64,000 nt of DNA. Origin: an uncultured delta proteobacterium (GTDB taxonomy: Bacteria; Desulfobacterota; Syntrophia; Syntrophales; Fen-1087). Under the pieces are notes generated by a model that searched no databases, had not been told where the DNA came from, and was given only the letters and a program-made list of their open reading frames with translations. The position numbers were made by a program, and so were the translations under genes. Below are positions 48,382 to 58,672 of the stretch, piece after piece; position 1 is the first letter of the stretch; every line of letters starts with the position of its first letter. The stretch is taken from NCBI GenBank assembly GCA_963709485.1, contig CAVPWE010000005.1, positions 68,012-132,011 on the forward strand, written 5' to 3'.

Positions 48382-50403
48382 TCAATTGCCGGTGCTGAAG
48401 GAGACCTTGCAGTAGCGCGTTCCGCCAAGGGCGATTCCCGGCGCCGGGACCTGGCCGACGGCCCAGCCCGTCCCGCTGACGCTGATTTCGATGCCTCTTT
48501 CCTTCGCCTTTCTCATGGCATCGCGAATGGTCATTCCCCTGAAATCCGGCATGGAGGCTTCTTCCGCAATCACGGCTTCCGCCTGCGCCGCCTCCGCGAC
48601 CGCCGGCGCCACCGGATTGGGGGTGGTGTCGGGACTGGCCGAAACGAGCCTGATCTTCACGTCCGGATTGATCTTTTCCACTTCGAACGGCGGGTTTTCG
48701 CGAATGTTGGTCTTGAAGCAGGTCAGGATCTGTTCCGAAATGTTTTTGAAGACGGGGGCCGAAGCGACGCCGCCCCACTTGTCTCGCTGGGGCTCGTCCA
48801 GCATGACCAGGATCGCCACCTGCGGATCTTCCGCCGGAAAAAATCCCATGAAGGATGTCCGGACCCGTTCGGACGAATAGACCTTGCGGGCAAAATCGTA
48901 TTTCTGGGAGGTCCCTGTTTTTCCGGCCACGTTCACATTGTCGATGCGCGCCTTCTTGCCGGTCCCGTCCGGATCCCCCACCACGCTGGTCATGATCGTG
49001 GTCAGCCGCTTGGCGCTTCGGGGTGAAATGACCTGCCGGACCGGGGTCGGCGAATATTTCCGGATGACCTGACCCCGCCTGTCCACCAGTCCGCGCAAGA
49101 TGTAGGGCTTCATCAAGACACCCTGGTTGGCAATGGCGGAGAGGGCGGTAACCAGCTGTATCGCCGTGACCGATATCCCCTGGCCGAAGGCGACCGTCGC
49201 CGCATCCACACGCGTCCAGTTGTTGACCGGCCTGAGCAGGCCCGCCGTTTCGCCGGGGAGATCGATTCCCGTCTTCGCGCCGAAACCGAATTTGGTGATG
49301 TAGTGGTAGAATTTTTCCTTGCCCAGGCGTTCGGATATTTTGACCGACCCGATATTGCTGGAATACTTGATGATGTCGGGAAAAGCGAGATAGCCGTGCC
49401 GTTTTCGCTGGGCCTCGTGAATCACCCGGTCGGCAACCCGGTAATTCCCGTTTTCGCAGTAAAACTGGTCGGTTTCCTTGACAACCCCCTCTTCGAGGGC
49501 CGCCGCCGCGAGGAACGGCTTGAAGGTGGAACCGGGATCGAAGCAGTCCGTGATGACCTTGTTCTTGCCCGTCCCGGCGCCGGCTTTCGAAAAAATATTG
49601 GGGTCGAAGCCCATCTCGTTGGCAAGCGCCAGGATTTCCCCGGTTTTCGGATCCATGACGATGGCAATCCCGCCCCTGGCACCCTTGTTCCGGACCGCCT
49701 CCTTGAGTTGCGACTCCACAAGGTGCTGGATGCGGTTGTCGATGGTCAGGATCAGGTTTGTGCTTTCCCGGCGCGGGCCCCCGGCCGATTCGACGCGCGG
49801 ATAAAGACGCTTCCCCTTGGCATCCCTCGCCCATGCCAGCCTTTCCGGCGCCCCCCTGAGGTCTTCGTCATATCGCAGCTCGATGCCCTCCAGTCCCTTT
49901 GCATCCAGCCCGACAAAGCCGATCAGATGGCCCGCCAGTTCGCCGTTGGGATAAAAGCGCTTGGGCTCTTTGATGAGGAAGATGCCGTCCAGGTCCGCTT
50001 TTTCGACCAGAGCGGCCTGGTCCGGCGTAATCCTGCGCGCGATCCAGCAGAAGTTCCGGGACGCGGAGAATTTTTTCAGGATCGTCCCCCGGTCGATGCG
50101 CAAAATGGAGGCGACCTTCCCTGCCGTTGCCTGGGGATCCACAATCTTGGAGGGATCGGCGCAGACCGAATCCGCCATGACGCTGACGGCGAGCTTTTCC
50201 CCGTTGCGGTCGAAGATGACGCCTCTTTCCGACTCGGTCTGCAGGGTCATGGTGTGCTGGCGATCGGCGCGGGACTTCAGGTCCTGTCCCTTGAGCACCT
50301 GGATCTGAAAAGCCCGCGTGACGAGGGCGATGAACAGGACCAGAAAGAAAAGAATCAGGCTGGCGAGCCTCAATTTCAGCCATTTTTTGGCTACTATGGT
50401 CAT
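48382..50403 (-). CDS. ftsI: penicillin-binding protein 3-like transpeptidase FtsI
   Basis: N-terminal TM helix, PBP dimerisation domain, GSTFKP (SxxK), SSN, KTGT motifs, and a PASTA-like C-terminus. Confidence 0.9.
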   Translation of the reverse strand: MTIVAKKWLKLRLASLILFFLVLFIALVTRAFQIQVLKGQDLKSRADRQHTMTLQTESERGVIFDRNGEKLAVSVMADSVCADPSKIVDPQATAGKVASILRIDRGTILKKFSASRNFCWIARRITPDQAALVEKADLDGIFLIKEPKRFYPNGELAGHLIGFVGLDAKGLEGIELRYDEDLRGAPERLAWARDAKGKRLYPRVESAGGPRRESTNLILTIDNRIQHLVESQLKEAVRNKGARGGIAIVMDPKTGEILALANEMGFDPNIFSKAGAGTGKNKVITDCFDPGSTFKPFLAAAALEEGVVKETDQFYCENGNYRVADRVIHEAQRKRHGYLAFPDIIKYSSNIGSVKISERLGKEKFYHYITKFGFGAKTGIDLPGETAGLLRPVNNWTRVDAATVAFGQGISVTAIQLVTALSAIANQGVLMKPYILRGLVDRRGQVIRKYSPTPVRQVISPRSAKRLTTIMTSVVGDPDGTGKKARIDNVNVAGKTGTSQKYDFARKVYSSERVRTSFMGFFPAEDPQVAILVMLDEPQRDKWGGVASAPVFKNISEQILTCFKTNIRENPPFEVEKINPDVKIRLVSASPDTTPNPVAPAVAEAAQAEAVIAEEASMPDFRGMTIRDAMRKAKERGIEISVSGTGWAVGQVPAPGIALGGTRYCKVSFSTGN

Positions 50404-50738
50404 TGCACAACCTCCGCGCCTTTGAGGACGATCACCTGATCGCGCTCCGGATAGGACATGTGCAGGCTGTTTTTTGCGATGCTCTCGATGCGGTGCGGCG
50501 ATTTCAGGGTCGCCAACTCAAGCTTCAGCCGCCGCTGCTCCTCCAGAAGCTGTTCCTTGCGCGTCATCTCCTCGGCAACCTGATACTCCAGCCTCGTCAT
50601 CTGGATGTGCGACCACACGTAGGCGATCGCCACCGCCATCAGGACAAAGGCGACAAAGAGAAACACGGAATACTTGAGCCGCGGCGCCGCCTTTTTTTCC
50701 CGATCGGCATCGTTCTGCTTCATTGTCGTTTCCGTCAT
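50400..50738 (-). CDS. ftsL: cell division protein FtsL
   Basis: 112 aa. One TM helix then a coiled coil (LEYQVAEEMTRKEQLLEEQRRLKLELATL). Position between rsmH and ftsI. Confidence 0.75.
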   Translation of the reverse strand: MTETTMKQNDADREKKAAPRLKYSVFLFVAFVLMAVAIAYVWSHIQMTRLEYQVAEEMTRKEQLLEEQRRLKLELATLKSPHRIESIAKNSLHMSYPERDQVIVLKGAEVVQ

Positions 50739-50741
50739 CGC

Positions 50742-51677
50742 TCAAATCTTCTCCGCCGTCCTGAGCCTGGCGCTTCGCGCCCGGGGGTTCCTTTCGCTCT
50801 CATCCGCGCCGGATCGCATCGGCTTCCGGGTCAGGACCTTCAGCTTGACCTCCCGTCGGCAGCGGCACACCGGCATGCCGGGCGGGCATTGACATCTGCC
50901 CTCACCGGACCGGAAGGCTTCCTTGACGATCCGGTCCTCCAGCGAGTGAAAGGAAATGACCGACAGCCTTCCGCCACTGCGGAGCCGATCCACCGCCGCG
51001 CCGATGGCCCGGCGAAGATTCGGCAGCTCCTGATTGACGGCCATGCGAATCGCCTGGAAGGTTCGGGTGGCCGGGTGGATCTTCCCGTGAAAACCCGGCC
51101 GCCGCACCGCCCTGCAGACGAGGTCGGCCAGTTCGGCCGTTGTCCGGATCGCACCCGATTCTCTTTTAGCCGAGATCGCCCTTGCGATTCTGCCGGCCAT
51201 GGGTTCCTCGCCGTACTCCCGGATCAGTTGTTTCAATTCTTTTTCCGGAGACAGGTTGACCAGATCCCGCGCGCTGTAGCGGCTGCCCCGATCCATGCGC
51301 ATATCGAGCGGAGCATCCAAAGAAAAGCTGAACCCCCTGTCTGCCGTATCCAGTTGATGGGACGACACCCCCAGATCCAGGAGTACCCCGTCAACTTTTC
51401 CAATTTTCAGGTTGGTCAGGATGTTACCGATATCCGCAAAATTGCCCTTGACCAGAATTTTTCTCCGGCCAAAGGGTTGCAAGCTTTTTTCGGACGCGAG
51501 GATGGCATCGTCATCCCGGTCGATGCCGACGAGCAGGCCGTCGGGGGCCGAACGCTCCAGAATCGCCCGGGCATGGCCGCCGCCCCCCAGGGTTCCGTCC
51601 ACGTAGATGCCGCCGCTTCTGCATCGCAGAGATTGAACAACCTCCTCGAGCATGACCGGCTCATGATAGGAACCCAT
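50742..51677 (-). CDS. rsmH: 16S rRNA (cytosine1402-N4)-methyltransferase RsmH
   Basis: HEPVMLEEVV, YVDGTLGGGGHA, DLGVSSHQLD, SFHSLEDRIVK. ATG 51677 preferred over the long ORF start at 51782. Confidence 0.9.
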   Translation of the reverse strand: MGSYHEPVMLEEVVQSLRCRSGGIYVDGTLGGGGHARAILERSAPDGLLVGIDRDDDAILASEKSLQPFGRRKILVKGNFADIGNILTNLKIGKVDGVLLDLGVSSHQLDTADRGFSFSLDAPLDMRMDRGSRYSARDLVNLSPEKELKQLIREYGEEPMAGRIARAISAKRESGAIRTTAELADLVCRAVRRPGFHGKIHPATRTFQAIRMAVNQELPNLRRAIGAAVDRLRSGGRLSVISFHSLEDRIVKEAFRSGEGRCQCPPGMPVCRCRREVKLKVLTRKPMRSGADESERNPRARSARLRTAEKI

Positions 51678-51691
51678 GCCATGGACCTTCC

Positions 51692-52144
51692 CTAAATGCC
51701 CAGATCGGCCATGTATTCGCTGAACGTTTCGAGGTCGCCTTCCGTTTTTTTCATTTCCGCCTCGAAGCGTTCCTTGCTCCATATCTCGATGATCCGGATC
51801 ATTCCGGCCAGCACGACGTCCTTTTCAAGGCCGGCAAACTCACGGAGATTCGGGGGAATGAGGGCGCGGCCCTGGCCGTCCAGCATGCAGTCCACTGCAC
51901 CGGACATGAAAAACCGCTGGAAGGCCCGGACTTCCTTTCTCAGGAGGGACTGGTGGCTGACTTTCTCTTCGATGATGCGCCATTCATCGTAGGGAAAAAC
52001 CATCAGGTAGCCGTCCCAGTTCGTGATCACGAGGCGGCTGTCATATTTCTCGGCGAAGACCTCGCGAAGCCTGGCCGGAAAGATGATTCTTCCCTTGTCA
52101 TCAATCGTATGGTAGTATTGTCCCCTAAAGACAGACACGGACAT
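51692..52144 (-). CDS. mraZ: transcriptional regulator MraZ
   Basis: [23 protein letters not shown] and [14 protein letters not shown] (two SpoVT/AbrB-like halves). ATG 52144 follows GGAGGA. Confidence 0.9.
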   Translation of the reverse strand: MSVSVFRGQYYHTIDDKGRIIFPARLREVFAEKYDSRLVITNWDGYLMVFPYDEWRIIEEKVSHQSLLRKEVRAFQRFFMSGAVDCMLDGQGRALIPPNLREFAGLEKDVVLAGMIRIIEIWSKERFEAEMKKTEGDLETFSEYMADLGI

Positions 52145-52148
52145 TTCC

Positions 52149-52210
52149 TCCACAATAAACCACTTTGCCCCACTTGCGGCCACAATAATGAAGCAGCGGG
52201 CTTTTGTCAA
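52149..52210 (-). promoter_or_regulatory. dcw promoter (TTGACA-N17-TATTGT) with three GTGGN direct repeats at 10-bp spacing (MraZ-box-like)
   Basis: Minus strand reads TTGACA(52210-52205)...TATTGT(52187-52182)...GTGGG-GCAAA-GTGGT-TTATT-GTGGA (52173-52149), directly before the mraZ RBS. Confidence 0.5.
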
Positions 52211-52219
52211 GGAAAAATT

Positions 52220-53257
52220 CTACTCGTTTTGCCTTTTAATCTGATATTTTAAGACAGCTTCGTTGTGGGCGATCAGGTTCGTTGAAAACCGGTGGGTTCC
52301 GTCATTATTTGAAACGAAATAAAGGTAGTTTACCGGGGCGGGATAAAGGGCGGCACGGAGCGAATCGATGCCGGGGTTGGCGATGGGGCCGGGCGGCAAT
52401 CCCTTGATCTTGTATGTGTTGTAGGGGGAATCATTGTCCAGGTGCCTTCGCGTCACCGCGCTGCTGTAATTCCTGAGATCGTAAATGGCGGTGGGATCGC
52501 TCTGCAGACGCATCCCTTTTTTCAGCCGGTTGTGGAAGACGGCGGAAACCAGCGTCTTTTCATCGCGGTAGCCGGTTTCCTTTCCGATCAGTGAAGCCAG
52601 CGTGACGAATTCATGGGTGCTCAGGTGAAGCGCCTGCGCCCGGGCCAGCATCTCCGGGGTCACCTTTTTCCAGAACTGATTGACCATGATCCGGACAATT
52701 TCCCGGGTTGTCATGGCCCTGTTCAAAGCATAGGTTTCAGGGTACAGATAGCCCTCGGCGCTCGCGGCCGGAACCTTGAGCGATGCCAGAAACGGACGGT
52801 CTGTCGCGACCTCGATGAAGATTTTTTCCTCGACGAGCCTGTCGGCGGCAAGCCGCTCGGCGATCTGCTTCAGCGTGAAGTCTTCCGGAATGGTCACCCT
52901 GTACGCCTTGATCTCCCCCCGGATCAGCTTCTGGACGATCTCCGCGGGGCCCATCCCACCGTCCATTTCGTATTCACCGGCCTTGATCGATCTCCGGGCG
53001 CCATTGGCCATCGCCACCACGTAAAAAAGCAATCTGTTGTTCACCAGCCCTTCGCGATCCAGGATATCCACAATCTTCCAGAAGCCGGCGCCCTTGGGGA
53101 TATCGATGGTGGCGGTGCGGTCGCGACTGCCGACCGGAGTCTTCGCGTAGAATAAAAAAAGCGTCAGGCAGATCACCACCGCAAACGCCAGGGGCGCTGC
53201 CATGTGTCTGATTCGCTGCAGGATGGATAACGGGATTTTCATGACTGACCCTCGCAA
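52220..53257 (-). CDS. mltG: endolytic murein transglycosylase MltG (YceG family)
   Basis: N-terminal TM helix, EGYLYPETY, ASLIGKETG, SPYNTYKIKGLPPGPI motifs. Confidence 0.85.
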   Translation of the reverse strand: MRGSVMKIPLSILQRIRHMAAPLAFAVVICLTLFLFYAKTPVGSRDRTATIDIPKGAGFWKIVDILDREGLVNNRLLFYVVAMANGARRSIKAGEYEMDGGMGPAEIVQKLIRGEIKAYRVTIPEDFTLKQIAERLAADRLVEEKIFIEVATDRPFLASLKVPAASAEGYLYPETYALNRAMTTREIVRIMVNQFWKKVTPEMLARAQALHLSTHEFVTLASLIGKETGYRDEKTLVSAVFHNRLKKGMRLQSDPTAIYDLRNYSSAVTRRHLDNDSPYNTYKIKGLPPGPIANPGIDSLRAALYPAPVNYLYFVSNNDGTHRFSTNLIAHNEAVLKYQIKRQNE

Positions 53258-53688
53258 CCCTCTTTCCGCGCCCCCGCCGGTCCGAGAGAATCCAGGTATC
53301 CCTGAAGAATGATGCCCGCGGCCATCTTGTCGATGACTTTCTTCCGCTTTTCCCGGCGCACATGGGCCGCGTTCAGGATTTCACCGGCGGTCCAGGTGGA
53401 CAGCGTCTCGTCCCATTTCACGACGGGAAGGCGAAACCGCACCTCCAGGCGGCGGGCAAAGCGATTGACTTTTTCACACTGGATGCCTTCCGTGCCGTCC
53501 AGCCGGACCGGATAGCCTACCACGATTTTTTCCACACTGTAGGTCCCGACCAGCCGCGCGATGGCTTCCATATCGTCCTGCCGGTTCCTGCGCTCGACCG
53601 TCGTCAGGGGCTGGGCGGTCATGCCCAACTCATCGGACAGGGCCACGCCGATCCGCCTGCTTCCATAATCAAGACCCATGATTCTCAT
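53239..53688 (-). CDS. ruvX: Holliday junction resolvase-like nuclease RuvX/YqgF
   Basis: MRIMGLDYGSRRIGVALSD, VVGYPVRLDGTEG, DETLSTWTA. Confidence 0.85.
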   Translation of the reverse strand: MRIMGLDYGSRRIGVALSDELGMTAQPLTTVERRNRQDDMEAIARLVGTYSVEKIVVGYPVRLDGTEGIQCEKVNRFARRLEVRFRLPVVKWDETLSTWTAGEILNAAHVRREKRKKVIDKMAAGIILQGYLDSLGPAGARKEGCEGQS

Positions 53689-53840
53689 AAAATAAGCCCC
53701 CCGGCACCGAAGCGGGGCTTAATAAACCATCTTTCCGGCCAATTCAACACAATTTTTTTCGACGCGTTCCGCATCGCGGCCTCGCTGCCTTCGCACAGGA
53801 CGGCGTTTTTGCGGTTGTGAAAAGGCGGGGACTTTGTTAA

Positions 53841-55766
53841 TTGGCAGACATGAAGCACATCATCCTGGGTACCGCCGGCCATGTCGATCATGGAAAGACG
53901 GCGCTCGTCAAGGCCCTGACCGGCGTGGACACGGACCGGCTCAAGGAGGAAAAAGAGCGGGGCATCACCATCGAGCTCGGCTTTGCCTCCCTGGAGCTGC
54001 CGGGCGGCGGCACGATCGGCGTCGTGGACGTTCCGGGCCACGAACGGTTCATCAAAAATATGGTCTCCGGGGCGGCGGGCATCGACCTGGTGATGATGGT
54101 TATCGCCGCAGACGAAGGCATCATGCCCCAGACCCGGGAACACCTCCATATCTGCTCCCTGCTGGGCATTCGCAAAGGCCTCGTGGCCCTCACCAAGGTG
54201 GACCTGGTGGACGAGGAGTGGCGGGAGCTGGTCGCCGATGACATCCGCAGCTTCCTGAAGGGCACCTTTATGGAAGGCGCCCCGATACTTCCGGTCTCGG
54301 CCTTGACCGGGAGCGGCATCCCCGGGCTTCTGGCCGCCCTGGACCGGTCCGCCGCGGAAATCGGCGAGAAGAGCGATGCCCGCCTGTTCCGGCTGCCCGT
54401 CGACCGGGTGTTCAGCATCCGGGGTTTTGGAACGGTGGTAACGGGGACGCTGGTCTCCGGGAGCATCGCAACGGGCGAGGAAGTCGCCATTCTGCCCGGC
54501 CGGGCCGTCTCCAGGATCCGGGGGATGCAGATCCACAACCAGAGCGTCAGCGTGGCGGAGTCCGGCCAGCGCACGGCCGTCAACCTGCAGGGGATCGAGA
54601 AAGCGGCGATCGAGCGGGGAAACGTGCTGACCCGCCCGGGCACCTTCGAGCCGACACGGCGCCTGGATGTTTTTTTCGACTATCTGCAGGCAAACGACCG
54701 GAAAATGAAAAACCGGACCCTGGTCCGCTTCCACGCCGGCACCAGCGAGGTGATGGCCCGGCTGAGCCTTCTGGACCGGGACGAAATCGAGCCGGGCGGG
54801 AAGGCCTACGCCCAGCTGTTCCTGGCCGCCCCGGCCGTGGCGATGGCCGGCGACCATTTCGTCATCCGGAGCTATTCACCGGTAACGACCGTCGGCGGCG
54901 GGCAGGTCATCGATCCGCTTTCCCGCAAGCACAGGCGGCACTCCGACCGGGTGATCCGGGAACTCGACCGGCTGCACCACGGCGCCGAAACGGAGAAGCT
55001 GGCCGCGATCATTCAGCGCGCCTCCTTTGGCGGCATCGATCCGCAAGGCCTGGTCATCCGCACCGGCCTTCCTCCGGCGCAGGTCCGGAAGGGGCTCGAC
55101 CTGCTGCTCTCCCGAAGACAGGCCGTTCTCCTCGACCGGGAGGAAACGCGGGCCCTCGCCCCGGAAGTATATGGGGAGCTTCAGCGGAAAATGCTCGAGG
55201 ACATCCGCGCCCATCATGAAAAATTTCCGCTCAAGGAAGGCCTGTCCCGGGAAGAGCTGCGGATGAAGCTCGGGGCATTCATCGGCCAGAAGCTATTCCA
55301 CGCCGTAATGCGGGACCTCGAAAAAAACGGGAAAATCGTCACAGACCGGGAGAACATCCGCCTTCCGGACCACCGGGTCAGCCTGCAGGCCGATCAGGAA
55401 TCCCTGCGGCGGGACATTGCCGACTGGTATCAAAAGGCGGCGCTCTCCCCGCCCTCGCTTCGGGAGGTGACGGAAAAATTCACCCGGCACAAGTCTCAGG
55501 TGGGCAGCATCCTGAACGTCATGCTCAAGGACGGCACGCTGACCAAGATCAACGAAGACCTGTGTTTCGACGGGTCTGCGCTGAAGCGCCTGCGGGAGGA
55601 TTACAAGAGCCTGCTCCTGAAGGATGGGAAGGCCACGCCCGCCACCTTCAAGGAACTGACCGGGCTGTCCCGGAAATACATCATCCCGCTGATGGAATAT
55701 TTTGACGTGACCAAGCTGACCGTCCGCTCCGGGGACCACCGCCTCCTGAGAGAGAAGGGAAACTGA
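53841..55766 (+). CDS. selB: selenocysteine-specific translation elongation factor SelB
   Basis: [25 protein letters not shown], then four winged-helix-like C-terminal repeats; length 641 aa. Confidence 0.85.
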   Translation: MADMKHIILGTAGHVDHGKTALVKALTGVDTDRLKEEKERGITIELGFASLELPGGGTIGVVDVPGHERFIKNMVSGAAGIDLVMMVIAADEGIMPQTREHLHICSLLGIRKGLVALTKVDLVDEEWRELVADDIRSFLKGTFMEGAPILPVSALTGSGIPGLLAALDRSAAEIGEKSDARLFRLPVDRVFSIRGFGTVVTGTLVSGSIATGEEVAILPGRAVSRIRGMQIHNQSVSVAESGQRTAVNLQGIEKAAIERGNVLTRPGTFEPTRRLDVFFDYLQANDRKMKNRTLVRFHAGTSEVMARLSLLDRDEIEPGGKAYAQLFLAAPAVAMAGDHFVIRSYSPVTTVGGGQVIDPLSRKHRRHSDRVIRELDRLHHGAETEKLAAIIQRASFGGIDPQGLVIRTGLPPAQVRKGLDLLLSRRQAVLLDREETRALAPEVYGELQRKMLEDIRAHHEKFPLKEGLSREELRMKLGAFIGQKLFHAVMRDLEKNGKIVTDRENIRLPDHRVSLQADQESLRRDIADWYQKAALSPPSLREVTEKFTRHKSQVGSILNVMLKDGTLTKINEDLCFDGSALKRLREDYKSLLLKDGKATPATFKELTGLSRKYIIPLMEYFDVTKLTVRSGDHRLLREKGN

Positions 55767-55767
55767 G

Positions 55768-56568
55768 ATGAATGGAGGCGGAAGCGGAGACGGTCTCGTG
55801 CGCTGCCCGGTGCGCGCGTTCGACGGCCGGGATTTTTCCGAAACGACGGCGGACATCGTCTGCGAGATGCCGCTCATGATCTTTCTCAACGGCCGCCACA
55901 TCGTCACCACGGCCTGCACGGGCCTGCACGTGGAGGAGCTGGCCCTGGGATTTCTTCGGTCCGAGGGCCTGATCCGAAGCGCTGCCGAGATCCGGGATAT
56001 TCAAACCGCCCCGGACCGAAGCACGGTCCGCATCGATGCGACCACGACGGAAGGGCCTGCCCATTCGAATACCCCGGCCGGGAAGACCATCGCATCAAGC
56101 GGCAGCCGCGGTTCCGGGGAAGATTCCTCAGCCACACCCCCGGAACCGGCCGGGACGGAAACCCTGTCGCTCCGGCCGGACCAGGTGCTGGACCTCATGG
56201 AGAAATTTCTCGACGTGACGCACCTGCACCGGATCACGAGGGGCACGCACTGCGCCGCCCTCGCGGACGGGGGCAACATTTTGGTCTCGCGGGAGGACAT
56301 CGGCCGGCACAACGCCCTCGACATGCTGGCCGGCCATGCGCTGCTGCACGGCGTGGACTGCCGGGACAAGATTGTGCTGCGGACCGGCCGGGTCTCCTTC
56401 GAAATCGTGCAGAAGGTCCGGCAGATGGGCACACCTGTGGTCGTCTCGCTCGCCGTGCCCACCTCCCTGGCGATTCAGATGGCGGTGAAGGCCGGCATCA
56501 CCCTCATCGGGGCGGTCCGTGGCAGGACCTTCAAGTTATACACACATGAAAGGCGGATGGGTCTGTGA
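55768..56568 (+). CDS. fdhD: FdhD-family formate dehydrogenase accessory protein (loop Cys pair apparently absent)
   Basis: LALGFLRSEGLI, TRGTHCAAL, REDIGRHNALDML, VSFEIVQK. Where the family carries SSCGVCG, this protein has SSGSRGS. Confidence 0.7.
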   Translation: MNGGGSGDGLVRCPVRAFDGRDFSETTADIVCEMPLMIFLNGRHIVTTACTGLHVEELALGFLRSEGLIRSAAEIRDIQTAPDRSTVRIDATTTEGPAHSNTPAGKTIASSGSRGSGEDSSATPPEPAGTETLSLRPDQVLDLMEKFLDVTHLHRITRGTHCAALADGGNILVSREDIGRHNALDMLAGHALLHGVDCRDKIVLRTGRVSFEIVQKVRQMGTPVVVSLAVPTSLAIQMAVKAGITLIGAVRGRTFKLYTHERRMGL

Positions 56569-57551
56569 TGAAAAAAGAGCTATACATCAACGGCATGAAG
56601 GCGGGAGAAAAAGTCGGCACATCCTTTCTGGTGTCGGAAAAAAACCTGGCTTACTCGCAGAAGGGTTCCCCCTACCTCAACCTGCGCCTGAAAGACAAGA
56701 CGGGCGAACTGGACGGCAAGGTCTGGGAAAAGGCAATCGAGCTGGACGGCTACTTCAGGAAGGGGGACATCGTCTACATTGTCGGGAGAATCCTCAGCTA
56801 TAAGAACAATCTGCAACTGTCCGTGCTGGAAGTGCGAAAAATGGACGATGACGACGTCGACCCGGCGGATTTCTTCCCCACCGCCGCCCGGAACGCCGAA
56901 GACATGTTCGCGGACCTGATGGTCTATGTCGGGCAGATTCAGACCGCCTGCCTGCGGGACCTCCTCATGGCCTTTTTCGGGGACGAACAGATCGTCGCCC
57001 GCTTCAAGAAGGCGCCGGCCGCCAAGGGGTTCCACCACGTCTACCTCGGCGGGCTGCTGGAGCACACCCTGTCCGTTCTTCAGCTCATCGACGTCGCGGC
57101 CGCCCACTACCCGGGCGCCAACCGTGACCTGCTGATCGCCGGCGGCATCCTGCACGACATCGGCAAGATTCATGAATTTCAGTATGACCGGCTCATCGAC
57201 TACAGCGACGCGGGAAGGCTGGTCGGCCACATCGTCATGGGCGTGGAGATGCTGGACGCCAAAATCGCAAAGATCGGGGGGTTCCCGGAGAAACTGGCCA
57301 TGGAGCTGCGCCACCTCATCCTCAGCCACCACGGGATGCTGGAATTCGGCTCTCCCAAGCGGCCGAAGACCCTGGAGGCCCTGATCGTCCACTACATCGA
57401 CGACCTGGATGCCAAGGTGAATGCCTTCCAGACCTTCGTCGGGGGCACAGCGGGCGGGGAGTCGAACTGGACCCCCTACCACCGGCTTTTAGAGCGGTAC
57501 ATCTACAAGGGGAACGGCGCTTATGACGAGGGCGGCGGAGAGGATGCGTAA
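56565..57551 (+). CDS. OB-fold + HD-domain phosphohydrolase (YhaM-like 3'-5' exoribonuclease family)
   Basis: N-terminal OB fold (FLVSEKNLAYSQKGSPYLNLRLKDKTGELDGKVW) and HD domain (HHVYLGGLLEHT...GILHDIGK...HHG). Confidence 0.7.
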   Translation: MMKKELYINGMKAGEKVGTSFLVSEKNLAYSQKGSPYLNLRLKDKTGELDGKVWEKAIELDGYFRKGDIVYIVGRILSYKNNLQLSVLEVRKMDDDDVDPADFFPTAARNAEDMFADLMVYVGQIQTACLRDLLMAFFGDEQIVARFKKAPAAKGFHHVYLGGLLEHTLSVLQLIDVAAAHYPGANRDLLIAGGILHDIGKIHEFQYDRLIDYSDAGRLVGHIVMGVEMLDAKIAKIGGFPEKLAMELRHLILSHHGMLEFGSPKRPKTLEALIVHYIDDLDAKVNAFQTFVGGTAGGESNWTPYHRLLERYIYKGNGAYDEGGGEDA

Positions 57552-57556
57552 TCCTT

Positions 57557-58552
57557 TCAGGACGGCCCGCGCTGCTTCTTGTAGGGGCTGATCTTTCTGG
57601 CCACCGTCCGGCGCGCTTCTTCCGCCAGGAGGCATCCTTCCAGGCAGTTGCCGACGCAGTCGCCGTCGCAGGGTTCGATGTGGATGGTCACGCTCGATCG
57701 GGGGAAATGTCCTTCAATCTTCCCGGACAGCTCCTCCGTGATCTGGTGCGAGGTCTCCACGGTCATCCCGGGGTCCACCTTGAGGTGAAATTCCACGAAA
57801 CGGCAGTTTCCGGCCTTCCGCGTCCGCAGTTGGTGGAACCCGTGAATCACCGGCCGGTGCGCCAGGATCAGGTCGCGGATCCAGCCCACCTCATCGGGAG
57901 GCAGTTGGACGTCCATGAGGTCTTTCGCGGACCGCAGGGTCAGGTCATAGGCGGCCTTGAAAATAAGGAGGGCCACGCCGATGGCCGCAGCCGGGTCCAG
58001 CCAGGTCAGATCCATGCCCGGAAACATCCGACCCCCCGCCCAGATGAGGGCCAGGCTGAGCATGACGCCCGCCGAGGTGTAGACATCGGTGCGCAGGTGC
58101 CAGGCATCCGCCTCCAGGGCGACGGAATCCGTTTCCCTGGCCACCTTGAAGAGCATGCCGGAGACGACAATGTTGAGCAGGGCGGAAACGAGCATCACGC
58201 CGACGCCCCAGCTCACATACTCGATGGGCTCGGGATGCCTGATCTTCTGGGCGGCCTCATAGATGATCCAGCCGGCGGCGAGAAAAATCAGCAGGGCCTC
58301 GATCGTGCCGGAGATGTTCTCGATCTTGCCGTGGCCGAAAGGGTGCCTCCTGTCGGCGGGAATGGAGGACGTCTTCACGGAAAACATGGCGATGAGCGCC
58401 GCAAGGAGATCCACGGCAGAGTGAATCGCCTCGGAGATGATCGACACGGCGCCGATCAGAAACCCCACCGCCAGCTTCAGGATGACGAGCAGACTGTTGG
58501 AGACCACCGACAGCAGGGCCACTTTTTCTTTCCGGCGTTGCATCTTTTCCAT
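57557..58552 (-). CDS. cation diffusion facilitator (CDF) family metal efflux transporter
   Basis: SNSLLVILKLAVGFLIGAVSIISEAIHSAVD, HLRTDVYTS; cytoplasmic C-terminal domain with a Cys-rich tail. Confidence 0.8.
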   Translation of the reverse strand: MEKMQRRKEKVALLSVVSNSLLVILKLAVGFLIGAVSIISEAIHSAVDLLAALIAMFSVKTSSIPADRRHPFGHGKIENISGTIEALLIFLAAGWIIYEAAQKIRHPEPIEYVSWGVGVMLVSALLNIVVSGMLFKVARETDSVALEADAWHLRTDVYTSAGVMLSLALIWAGGRMFPGMDLTWLDPAAAIGVALLIFKAAYDLTLRSAKDLMDVQLPPDEVGWIRDLILAHRPVIHGFHQLRTRKAGNCRFVEFHLKVDPGMTVETSHQITEELSGKIEGHFPRSSVTIHIEPCDGDCVGNCLEGCLLAEEARRTVARKISPYKKQRGPS

Positions 58553-58672
58553 GGAGGCGGTTTAACATATTCCCCCTCTCTTCACAAATCATTCCGCCCC
58601 CCCGTCGGCGCGGAACTGCTTGTGCCGGCTGTTCTTTTATGGCATACCTCCACGGGAAACAGGATCGAGCCC

